A stretch of DNA of 63,728 nucleotides, counting the filler, from Stramenopiles sp. TOSAG23-2 (lineage: Eukaryota): assembly GCA_900128395.1 (NCBI GenBank). It is 33 parts of 33 records of this genome, joined end to end, with 100 filler letters (N's around TTAATTAATTAA, not from the genome) between each part and the next. Parts side by side here need not be neighbours in the genome. Positions count along the whole stretch, not along the records: positions 34,957 to 36,786 come from LT652298.1; positions 36,887 to 38,715 come from LT652299.1; positions 38,816 to 40,644 come from LT652300.1; positions 40,745 to 42,573 come from LT652301.1; positions 42,674 to 44,500 come from LT652302.1; positions 44,601 to 46,426 come from LT652303.1; positions 46,527 to 48,351 come from LT652304.1; 26 more parts are not named here. One strand, written 5' to 3'. The position numbers were made by a program, and so were the translations under genes. Every line of letters starts with the position of its first letter. The stretch's first letter is position 1. Shown here piece after piece: positions 36,383 to 46,705 of this stretch. A model generated the notes under the pieces. That model was not told the origin of the DNA. It searched no databases and worked only from the letters and a program-made list of their open reading frames with translations.

Positions 36383-36784
36383 TCATATTTTTGGTTTTTT
36401 ATTCGTCGCATGTATATTATTCTTGTCATTATCAACCTCCATAACATTATTTGTCTCCACTTCAATCACATCATCTCTCCCTTTTATATTATTTGAAGAT
36501 GAATTACTATCTGAAAACCATTTTTGTCGTTGTGCATTCCTATATTTCTCATCTGCAATTGGAACAAATTTATTACCCATCAATGATTTTCGTTTTGCAT
36601 TTACAACAATTTCCATATGATTAAAAAAAAATAATAATTTATCTGTCTCTTCAATATGTGATTTATTATTATTACTAGGTGGTAATTCACGAAATGCATA
36701 TCTTAAAGCTTCAACAGTGGATAAATATCCTTCACCAGCTGGTGGAACACGCCAAAATCGACCTTGCTTTGGTATATTTTTTAA
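36383..36784 (-). CDS. DTWD1: DTW-domain tRNA-uridine aminocarboxypropyltransferase, 3' fragment
   Basis: Manual translation RFWRVPPAGEGYLSTVEALRYAFRE...DKLLFFF matches the FWR / LSTIEA / LLFF pattern. Confidence 0.75.
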   Translation of the reverse strand, partial: LKNIPKQGRFWRVPPAGEGYLSTVEALRYAFRELPPSNNNKSHIEETDKLLFFFNHMEIVVNAKRKSLMGNKFVPIADEKYRNAQRQKWFSDSNSSSNNIKGRDDVIEVETNNVMEVDNDKNNIHATNKKPKI

Positions 36785-36886
36785 CTNNNNNNNNNNNNNN
36801 NNNNNNNNNNNNNNNNNNNNNNNNNNNNNNTTAATTAATTAANNNNNNNNNNNNNNNNNNNNNNNNNNNNNNNNNNNNNNNNNNNN

Positions 36887-38394
36887 GATTTCTTTTTCTT
36901 TTTTTTCTCTGATTTTGCCTTCTTTTTCTTCGGTGCATCTTCACTACCATCATCACTACCACCATCCATTTCTTCTGCTTTACGCTTCTCTTTCTTTTCT
37001 TTTTTTGATTTTTTTTTCTTTTTCTTTTTTTCAACTTCTTCATCACTATCAGAGGATGAAGATAAATCATCACGTTTACGCTTAGCAAGTACTGCATCAC
37101 TACTTGCATTGTAACTGGAACTACTACCATTGCTTTTTTTATCATACGCTTTATAATTCGTTTGTGTTTTACCATTACCAGAGGATGCACCAGAACCACG
37201 TGACTCCAATTGTCTCATACGTTCTTCCACCTTTGCTCTTCCTTCCAATCCAATCGTTGCTTCTTCTGTATCCCCAAGCGCATCTACACGTATTGCCAAT
37301 GCTGTTTTTGCAGCCAATACACGACTTATTTTACCTTTGTTTTTCGTAGCAGTTTGCCCGATCAAGGATGCATGGTAAATTAAACCATATTTTGGCGTAT
37401 CATGTTTTGTTTTCAATGCACGAAACAATGCTTTTTCTGCACCTAAAATTTGTACGGTACTTGCAGGTTGTTTTGCTAAATTCAACAAACTACCAGCATG
37501 TGCTAATAAACGTGCACCGACTAATTCACCGACCATTACCGTTAGATTAGGCGCAATCGCATTCATTCTACTTTTTAAATAATCAAACAATTGTACACGA
37601 TATTCCATCATACTCTGTACTTGCTCTGCTAATGCTTTAATGTTTAAAACATCCATATCCCCAATTTCCGTTCCCATACTAACTTCAGCAACTTCTTTCA
37701 TTTCTTTTTCAATATCTTCAGATAATATATCACTAAAATCTTCCCTAGATGCTTTATCACGCGTACCCATTTTTAAAATACATTGTGCGTATTGCAAATT
37801 GTCCGTCACAATTTTTCCCATTTCTGGAAAATGCCATCCATACCATTCACGTACACGCATCGCATATATATTAATTTCTTTATCCAACTCATCTAATAAA
37901 TTAATAGCTTGTACAATCATAGTATCCACTTTGTCGGGTGAAAATTTCAACTTGTAACGGGATAAACCATGGGCTAAACCTAATGAATATGCTTTATTGT
38001 CATCCGATGTGATTTCCGTAACCAAGGCTTCAAATTGGGAACGTATACCACGTATTAACTCTGCTGATTTTTCATTATTAATACAATCAATACTTAATTT
38101 TTCTTTCACGATATTACCTAATTTACTATCAGCAACACCTAATACATCACCTTTTGCAGAATGTTTTAATAATTTCTTTAAATTTTTATCCAATTTACCA
38201 TCTACGATGGCAACTGCAGCTTGCATGGCTTCCGTGGTGTTTTCGAATTTTTTAAATTGATGCAATTTCACTAAACCAGCTGCACGTTCTGGTGTTTTAA
38301 ATTCTTTATAAATATTATCCACTTTTTCTAATTTACCTTCATCTAATACTTTAAATAATGCATATCCAGAGGATGATTCAAATAATACTAACAT
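36887..38394 (-). CDS. NOP58: Nucleolar protein 58 (box C/D snoRNP), Lys-rich tail truncated
   Basis: MLVLFESSSGYALFKV, LGLAHGLSRYKLKFSPDKVDTMIVQAI, REWYGWHFPE, ASTVQILGAEKALFRALKTKHDTPKYGLIYHAS. Confidence 0.97.
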
Positions 38395-38816
38395 GATGAT
38401 AATATGTTTTTACAAACACGTATTTTTTTTTTGTAGTAGTAGTATTAGTAATTATATATATATATATATATGAATGAATGATCTTTTTCTCTACAATTTC
38501 AACCTGTTTATTACCGATTTTTCTTGTATATTTACTACTGCTTTCATTGCCTTTCCATTTGTGTCTTGACACTTTTTCTGTTTTGTAGTTGGAAAAAATG
38601 ATTTTTAAATGAATTTTTATGAATGGAGATGATTTTATTAAGTACAACATATATTTACATTTAACATATACACAAACTTTACCATCTTAGTATATGCAAA
38701 AACACACCTATCAATNNNNNNNNNNNNNNNNNNNNNNNNNNNNNNNNNNNNNNNNNNNNTTAATTAATTAANNNNNNNNNNNNNNNNNNNNNNNNNNNNN
38801 NNNNNNNNNNNNNNNC

Positions 38817-40499
38817 CCAGTAAATAATGGCGATAAGACTACCGATGAAATAAGTGAAGCACCATTGTCAATAGAAGAAAAAGATATACCAAGATATGAA
38901 GATGAAGAAGAAAATCTAACAAAACGAATAGACACCTCCTTTTTAGATGCAGTTGCAAATATAAGAACTAGTAAAAGTTTAGATGCACCGAATGATATGA
39001 AGTTGAAACTATATGGATTATTTAAGCAAGCAAATATTGGACCAAATTCTACGACAAGACCAGGATTTTTCGATCCAGTCGGTGGAGCTAAATGGGATGC
39101 TTGGATGGCATGTAAAGCACTTTCTCCAAAAGAAGCAAAGTTGCAATACATACAAGTTGTTTCAGAATTAGATACATCTTGGAATAATGGTAGTATTGTA
39201 GCTGATTTACAAGCATTTGAAGAGAAAAGCAAAAATCCTCAAGATGATGTTGGAGAATCATCAAAACAAATTGCATCAGCAACTACTGAGGAGGATAATG
39301 ATCAAAATCAGAAGAAGGAAAAGGGTGAGAATATGTCATTATGGAACGAACCTTTATGCCCAGTTAAATATAAAGACACCATCGAGGCAAAATTTAAGAC
39401 ATTCTTGGAAAGGGTAAAGGGGGACAGAGACAATGTGAATAAGTATTGGTCATTTAACTTTGAACAAAATGGCGTATGTTGTTTTGTACCCCATAATAGC
39501 GATTATCCAGGCGCAAAAGGCATTGGAATCTTAAATTATCCTACACGCGCAGTGTTTGAGATTATTAAAAGATGTGGTGATCCAGATGATACATTGGCAT
39601 ATCGTAAAGACCCAGATATGAAAAAAATTGACGTATTGGAACGTCTGAATGAACAAACTAGTGTACAATATTTGGAGTACAAAGCCGTTTGGCCAGTATC
39701 TGGGCGAGACTTTACAAACATAATCCATTGGCGTAGATTGAGAAATGGTTGTTTTGTATTTGCTGGTTTTACCTTTGAATATGAAAAACGTCCACCGATA
39801 AGTGGTTTAGTACGCGCGGAGACGATAATTGGTGGTTGGCATTTAGAACCATTAGAAAACGGGATGAAAACGAAGTTGACTTATATTGTTGAATTGGATT
39901 TCAAAGGTTCCATACCTTCGTTTGTCGTTAGTCAAGTTACTAAAAAGCAACCAATGCAAATTGATATTATTCGCACATTTTTAGAAGAGGAAGAAAACAA
40001 TTGCGGTGGTCGAGACCGTTTTTTAAAAAAATACGAAGATTTAGATAATATTGTAAATCTTGGAAATGTTGTACAAAATAATGATGATAATGATAATAAC
40101 AGAGATGATGATGACAACCAGATTGATAATAATGTAAAGCCAATGTCAACAAGAGCGACATTAACTGTGACTGATGAAAAATCTCCTGGTTCAGTGGCTC
40201 GTGGTGCAAGGAACGATACAACTCCAACGAAAGTTCCATCACCAAAGAGACGTACTTCTATTCGTAATTCTCCTAAACGACCAATAGGTCGGAACAGCTG
40301 GAGTGAAGATAAAAGACATAAGGTTTGTGAGGAATGTTCCGTAACCTTTTCTTTCACCGTTAGACGTCATCATTGTCGTTATTGTGGTCGTCTATTATGT
40401 GATAAATGTTCAAAATATCTTATAAATGATAAAAGGGCTTGCTTGACTTGTCTTAATAATGATGCAATAGAAGATATCGACGGAAGTGAATTGTATTGA
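38817..40499 (+). CDS. ACBP-START-FYVE multidomain lipid-binding protein, probably 5' truncated
   Basis: ACBP: KLKLYGLFKQANIG..RPGFFDPVGGAKWDAW. START: KAVWPVSGRDF..GLVRAE..DFKGSIP. FYVE: WSED..CEEC..RRHHCRYCGRLLCDKCS..RACLTC. Confidence 0.92.
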   Translation, partial: PVNNGDKTTDEISEAPLSIEEKDIPRYEDEEENLTKRIDTSFLDAVANIRTSKSLDAPNDMKLKLYGLFKQANIGPNSTTRPGFFDPVGGAKWDAWMACKALSPKEAKLQYIQVVSELDTSWNNGSIVADLQAFEEKSKNPQDDVGESSKQIASATTEEDNDQNQKKEKGENMSLWNEPLCPVKYKDTIEAKFKTFLERVKGDRDNVNKYWSFNFEQNGVCCFVPHNSDYPGAKGIGILNYPTRAVFEIIKRCGDPDDTLAYRKDPDMKKIDVLERLNEQTSVQYLEYKAVWPVSGRDFTNIIHWRRLRNGCFVFAGFTFEYEKRPPISGLVRAETIIGGWHLEPLENGMKTKLTYIVELDFKGSIPSFVVSQVTKKQPMQIDIIRTFLEEEENNCGGRDRFLKKYEDLDNIVNLGNVVQNNDDNDNNRDDDDNQIDNNVKPMSTRATLTVTDEKSPGSVARGARNDTTPTKVPSPKRRTSIRNSPKRPIGRNSWSEDKRHKVCEECSVTFSFTVRRHHCRYCGRLLCDKCSKYLINDKRACLTCLNNDAIEDIDGSELY

Positions 40500-41526
40500 A
40501 ATGAAAGCGCGTTGTATACATATTTTTTTATCATATTATATCATATATATTTTATGCCTGGCCCATAAAAAACTATTACTCGTATTATTATATAGGTAAA
40601 TATTTCTAGTATACAACTACTCCATACTTAGACCAGAGATTTCTNNNNNNNNNNNNNNNNNNNNNNNNNNNNNNNNNNNNNNNNNNNNTTAATTAATTAA
40701 NNNNNNNNNNNNNNNNNNNNNNNNNNNNNNNNNNNNNNNNNNNNACAATGCTATAAAAGAAGATGCTGAAGTTGTACAAACATATTCATTTTTTGAGAAA
40801 ATGCTAAAACGATCTAATGTTGACTTTTTGTGTTATTTAGTAAAACATAAAGTGCAAGAATCGACTGTTGAAAAAACAGTAGAAGAAGGATCTTAATGTT
40901 TCATATAACAAGAGTCAATATTATATTTTTTGGATTTTGTTGTATTAATAAAAGTATATATATACAATTTCACACACTGTTTTAAAAACAACTTAGCTGT
41001 GTGGCGCGTGTAATTAATGTATATTATGTTTGTATCTTTCGTGTATCATATTTTGAAAAAAAAAATAGAAGAGAATAAAAAATAAAAAGTTGCGAGTTCG
41101 TAAAATTTATTATATTTTAAAAATATTTAATCTCTCCATATTATACGAGAGTGTATGATAATATATATATGATATAATATATATATGATATGCATAAAAA
41201 CAAAACGCACCAGAGTGTATTTTAAGTGTTGGATATGTCAAATTAATTGCTTTTTTATCTTTTAATTTTTTACTATCCCCACTATGAGATGGAATATATA
41301 TTTAAATATGCATATATATTTTTTTTATATACGATATATTATATAAAATGTTCTCTTACTCATTACTCATATATTTATACGAGTGTATTATAAATTTCTT
41401 TTACTCCCGTTTATACGATATTATATCATAATATAAACATATTGTATTTTATAAAAAAAGATTATTTTCTATAAATTATTTACGAATTCGTACAATATAT
41501 TTAACATTTTGTCTCTCGCAAAAATT

Positions 41527-42573
41527 TTAGATATTGCCTGTTTCTGGGATATCTTTGAACGCAGGTTCAGCTGATGTATCTTGAAATTCACCAAGTTCAA
41601 TTTGATCCTCATTGACTCTGCTATACTTATTAGTTTTATCATTTTCTTTACATTTTAAATATGCATAACACAATAAACAGATACCAGCAAGTGCACCACT
41701 TATGTATGGTAAAGTTGTAAACACGAAATTATATGTACTATCTTTATTCTCTGATGTTGCTCCTGTTGGTTGATCGTTGTTACTGCTTCCTGAGGATGGT
41801 GATGATGATTTTTCAGAATTGTGATTGTTTGAAGATGGCACATCAGTTGTAGTTTTAGATTTACTTGATGTATCCGGATCACCATCCTTCTGTTTTGGTT
41901 GTGCTGTTGTTTCGGTAACAAATTCGGTACATAATTTATTTCCGGATGAAGTATGTACTACATCACCAATGACTTTCCTTTGATGATCAATCAAATATAT
42001 AGCACATTCAAAATTTTCTTTATCGCGTATAACTAAAAAAGTATTTTTCCCATTGATATCATTTATTTCATATGCCAATTCAACAGGAACCGTATTGCGT
42101 CCACCTATATCAATACTTTCTGTAAGCTTTTTGGATGGTACTTTTACTTCATCACCTTCAAGAATTTGTAAAAAGGTATTTTTTCCACTGACCTTTAAGC
42201 CAATATTTTTTACACTAATAGACAGAATGACAGTAGCACCATTACTACCACTCTTTGCTGTCACTTGCATCCGTCCTAACGATGGTTTATAACATGGTCC
42301 AGATAACCATGCTAAATGCACATTTGCAGCAACACTTTTATTGGAATGCGTTGGTATTCTATCAGGTGGTGGCCAAAATCCATATGCATCTTGAGCATCA
42401 TAATTGTTTCTACCATTCGACTTTGCCTCTGCATCGTTTGGTCCAACTTCCGGTGTATATGCAACGATACCGTATTTATCAAACATCCAATCAGTAGCAT
42501 CACCAGCAGCATTGTAATGCAAGCTGTCAAGGACATTGCTAGCTTTGTATGAGTTTAAATGGGTTATTTCACT
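41527..42573 (-). CDS. M14 zinc carboxypeptidase (CPT-like), C-terminal part with type I TM anchor
   Basis: YNAAGDATDWMF..GIVAYTPEVGP..GFWPP includes the catalytic Glu region, followed by an Ig-like segment, a Ser-rich stalk and a TM helix. Confidence 0.8.
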   Translation of the reverse strand, partial: SEITHLNSYKASNVLDSLHYNAAGDATDWMFDKYGIVAYTPEVGPNDAEAKSNGRNNYDAQDAYGFWPPPDRIPTHSNKSVAANVHLAWLSGPCYKPSLGRMQVTAKSGSNGATVILSISVKNIGLKVSGKNTFLQILEGDEVKVPSKKLTESIDIGGRNTVPVELAYEINDINGKNTFLVIRDKENFECAIYLIDHQRKVIGDVVHTSSGNKLCTEFVTETTAQPKQKDGDPDTSSKSKTTTDVPSSNNHNSEKSSSPSSGSSNNDQPTGATSENKDSTYNFVFTTLPYISGALAGICLLCYAYLKCKENDKTNKYSRVNEDQIELGEFQDTSAEPAFKDIPETGNI

Positions 42574-42673
42574 NNNNNNNNNNNNNNNNNNNNNNNNNNN
42601 NNNNNNNNNNNNNNNNNTTAATTAATTAANNNNNNNNNNNNNNNNNNNNNNNNNNNNNNNNNNNNNNNNNNNN

Positions 42674-43903
42674 GAGTTGAAGAGTGATATGAAAATTTTA
42701 GGAGATGCAGCGAAGAAGGCAAAGAAAGGTTTGGGTTTCAAAAATCCAAAATTAAAATCGAAGGGAAGTAATTTGTTGCCAGATGATGTAGCAGATGCAG
42801 TCAAATATTCAGACGATGCGATTAAAAAGAGTAAATATACAGACGATGCAGCAGATGTAGTCAAATATTCAGACGATGCTATTAAAGGGAATAAACATTT
42901 CATACCAGAGAAAGAAAACACAAAATTTGTAGATAAGATGTTCAACGAAAAAAAATTCAATAAGCTGTTCGATGATTTAAATATAAAAAGCGAGGGGCAA
43001 AAGGCTGGAGTCCAAGAAGCACTGGAGGCAAGTTTGAATGCACAAAATAAATTTCGAACTAAATTTACGATGCAACATGGTGTAGATGACTGGTTGAGCA
43101 ATTCAGTGTTGAAAAACCAGTTTGATAGGGGAACTCTAAAAACATTAACATCGAATTTTAAACGTGTAGCAAAAGAACATAATATTGCGGATGCGGACGA
43201 GTTAGCGAGAAGATTGTTTAAATATACCAGTAAAAAGAAAGCTGGATATGGTGGATGGATTAACACGTACGCTAAAGATTTTAAGAAATACATTGGTAGG
43301 GAAAACGCTGTGTACAGTAGCAATTTTTTGAAATTATGGGGAAGGGTTGCCCTCGATTTCGCAATTTGGGGGGTAACAGTGGGTAAATCTTCGATGTGTT
43401 TTCTGTCAAGCACAAATTTCATAAGGGACGACAGAGCATGTCCTCTCAGGAACAAACCGAATACCGTAAAACCAACAGACGGCATTGCAGGCGAAACATT
43501 ACAGAAAGCTATTAAAAAAGTAGTTGAAAGTAAGAATAATAATCGAAGAAGACGATTACTAGGGTATAGTGATGATTGGGAAGAATTTACAACTTACGTG
43601 AAAACAACGCGAGGGTCGTGTAACAGCGAAGCATTAAAAAAAATCAAAGTTGAGGATAGTGGCATGTTTAGTTTCAGATGCTCAACAGCAGAGGCATTGT
43701 GCACATGCATTCAACATGTTGGTTTAAGTGGAGAAGAGCAACATTTTGAGGCTGGTAATATTGGATTAAATGTGTTTCGCCAAGATGGAACAGTTAGTTA
43801 TGAGATATCAGAAAATGGTGAAGCATTAGTTTATGGTGATGTGAATGAAGGTAGGGTAGACAGGAGGAGGAGATTGTTAGGAAGAACATCTGGTGGGAGT
43901 TAG
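42674..43903 (+). CDS. 3' part of a hypothetical protein with KYSDDA repeats and two RRRRLL motifs
   Basis: Open from contig start for 409 codons, with a Cys-containing C-terminal part. Confidence 0.75.
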   Translation, partial: ELKSDMKILGDAAKKAKKGLGFKNPKLKSKGSNLLPDDVADAVKYSDDAIKKSKYTDDAADVVKYSDDAIKGNKHFIPEKENTKFVDKMFNEKKFNKLFDDLNIKSEGQKAGVQEALEASLNAQNKFRTKFTMQHGVDDWLSNSVLKNQFDRGTLKTLTSNFKRVAKEHNIADADELARRLFKYTSKKKAGYGGWINTYAKDFKKYIGRENAVYSSNFLKLWGRVALDFAIWGVTVGKSSMCFLSSTNFIRDDRACPLRNKPNTVKPTDGIAGETLQKAIKKVVESKNNNRRRRLLGYSDDWEEFTTYVKTTRGSCNSEALKKIKVEDSGMFSFRCSTAEALCTCIQHVGLSGEEQHFEAGNIGLNVFRQDGTVSYEISENGEALVYGDVNEGRVDRRRRLLGRTSGGS

Positions 43904-44045
43904 AAAGGACATATATATGTGTATAAGTGTATTTTCAATTAACTTATAAGCGGGTTCTATCATAAGAGTCAAAGAGAGGGTTAGAGAGTAGGGTTTAAAA
44001 ATTAACAATAACTACTATTGACCAAGTCATTCATTTACTCTCAAC

Positions 44046-44181
44046 AAAAGTAATCCATGTCAAAAATGTGCTAGTTTTTTACATTTTACGGATTTGGAAA
44101 AAAAAATTTCAAAAAACAAAAAACGTAGGAACATGAGGACGCTATGAAAAAACTAGCACATTTTTGGCATGTATTACTTTT
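44046..44181. mobile_element. ~136-bp foldback/MITE-like element
   Basis: ~35-bp inverted arms (44046-44080 and 44147-44181) with 2 mismatches. No TSD established. Confidence 0.55.
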
Positions 44182-44804
44182 TTTGGCAAATGTGTCCCTC
44201 AGACGTAAAAATTGATGGTCGTACCACATAATTTCATATATAAAACACTATTATTGTTGTATTTCTTAGTTAATGTTAGTTCATATTTTAGATATACATA
44301 CTTGGTGAACATATTAATGAAGTTTAAATGCATAAATATCATTTTTTCATATAATTTTTTGAGTAAAACATGTGTGTCGTACGCACGTACATACTTCCAT
44401 GAATCATTTCAAACGACTTTAAAAAGCTAAAACACAAAGAGAAATAAAGCAGAGATACACTTTATATAGCGAATTTTTACCTTAACTTAACACTATCCAC
44501 NNNNNNNNNNNNNNNNNNNNNNNNNNNNNNNNNNNNNNNNNNNNTTAATTAATTAANNNNNNNNNNNNNNNNNNNNNNNNNNNNNNNNNNNNNNNNNNNN
44601 CCTCAGTTTTTTTCCAAAATCCTCCTCCCCTCGCCCCCCCCCTATCTAAAAGAAACAAAGTATATAAAATATTATACTAAATTAATTTAATAGTAAATAG
44701 TTTTATAGTATATCCATACCCAAAATAATTTTCACTCACAAAAGTTATTACAGTAGTCATAAAGTAGTATACAGTATGAATGCATTTATATATACATTTA
44801 TTAT

Positions 44805-46426
44805 TTACAACTTTGAATTAGTAATTTTATGCACATTTGCAATAAAATCTTTTGCACCATCCCATGTTCCATGTCCATTTAATCTCCAATGTTGCAATGT
44901 TACTGGTCCATACCATAAATTAAATAAATATGGGTTACCAGATACATCAGCATTAGCAGGTGGATTTGTTTTCCATTCCTTTGGTAGTTCTGGTAAGAAT
45001 GGTTTACAACCAATCTCTTCAGCTAATTCATCGGTATAACGTATATAATCAATAAAACGTGTATACCATGGCTGCATACGTTTTAATCTTGCTTCTCTAC
45101 TTTTACAATATAATTCCATTTCTTCATGTGATGGCATAGGAATATTTCCAGTCAAAACGCTTAAACAATATCTTCCTTGCATCTCCCCAACACCAGCTTC
45201 ATTTGCATTTGTATTAATCATACCACAAAAACATAATGTTGGATATTCTGGATGCATTGTTAATTTATGAAGACGTAACCATTCTTTACCATTTACAGTG
45301 CGTTCCACTGAATTTAAAACTTTTCTTTCTAAAAATGGAAAGATCAATTTATAACCAGTACATGAAATTAACAAATCACATTTATGTTTCGCACCATTTG
45401 TTAATATAACATGGTTTTCACTTAATTCATTAATACCATAACCCATTTGTATACGACCATTTTCTAAATGTTCACAATGTCTTATCCAATTTTTAACATT
45501 AGCCGTATATGCTTGACGATGATCTTTTGGTGGTGGTGGCATACCACTTTTTAAAAAAACCTCATGAACTTTTCCCACTAACATGCCTTCCCGTTTACTA
45601 CCACCCATTTTCTTATTATTATCTGCATCAAGCACAATTTTACCACTATCCCCATCATCTGATCCTCTTGCCATTAATAATTTCGTTGATTTTCGTTTAC
45701 TTCCACGTAATTGATTAATTGATTCTGGGAAAACTTTTGATTTCTTTGGGCCATAAATATTATATCGTGCTGTGTGTATATATATAAATATATATATGTT
45801 TATATGTGGTTAGAAATGACATATTTACAACTATACATATATATATATATAAATGTATGTGTGTGTGTGTTGTTTGTATAATTATATAGAGGCAGAATAT
45901 ATAATATATAGAGTATGTATACAGTAATCAACTTACTATGAAAAGTAACATCTCCAGGTGGTATACTTTCATTACCACTTCCAACAGCTGTCATAAAACT
46001 TCCATTACGAGCACAATGCAAAATTTCCTTTGCATTACTACGTTCTGCCATATCAAATGCTATATCTAAAGATGAATTTCCCATACCTAATATAACTACA
46101 TTTTTATCATCTCCTTCGCTAGGTGAACGATATGTTTGTGAATGTATGATTTTTCCTTTAAATATATTTGAATTTTTAAATGTTGGCATATTTACATGTG
46201 TGCCATATTGACCAGAACATATGAATACGGCATCAAATGTATATTTTTCTACAATATTATTGTTATTATTATTATGATGTTTGGACGACATGACTTGAAC
46301 ATTCCACATTTCATTTTTTTCATCATCATATTCTGAATGCTCATCATAATAATTTGATAAAGGTTGATGTATAACCTTTTCCACTCGATATCCAAATTTT
46401 ATATATTTTCGTAAATTATAATTATC
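44805..46426 (-). CDS. Flavin-containing monooxygenase (FMO) with C-terminal SKL; intron 45770-45936; 5' truncated
   Basis: FDAVFICSGQY, FKGKIIHSQTYR, VVILGMGNSSLDIA, DLLISCTGY, EMQGRY, DYIRYTDELA..IGCKP. GTAAGT...CAG intron restores the frame (TFHTRY). Confidence 0.92.
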
Positions 46427-46705
46427 NNNNNNNNNNNNNNNNNNNNNNNNNNNNNNNNNNNNNNNNNNNNTTAATTAATTAANNNNNNNNNNNNNNNNNN
46501 NNNNNNNNNNNNNNNNNNNNNNNNNNTTCTAAATTACGAAAACATCTATTTGTACAATTATGATACTATTTTTTTCTTGTTATTATCATCTTCTTCCTTT
46601 ATTCTAATTCTTATTATTTTTTTTAATTATTTGATTTTGAACCATTTATTATTATTACATTAAATATATTTTATTAAATTATAAAACCATTATTATTATA
46701 GCAAT

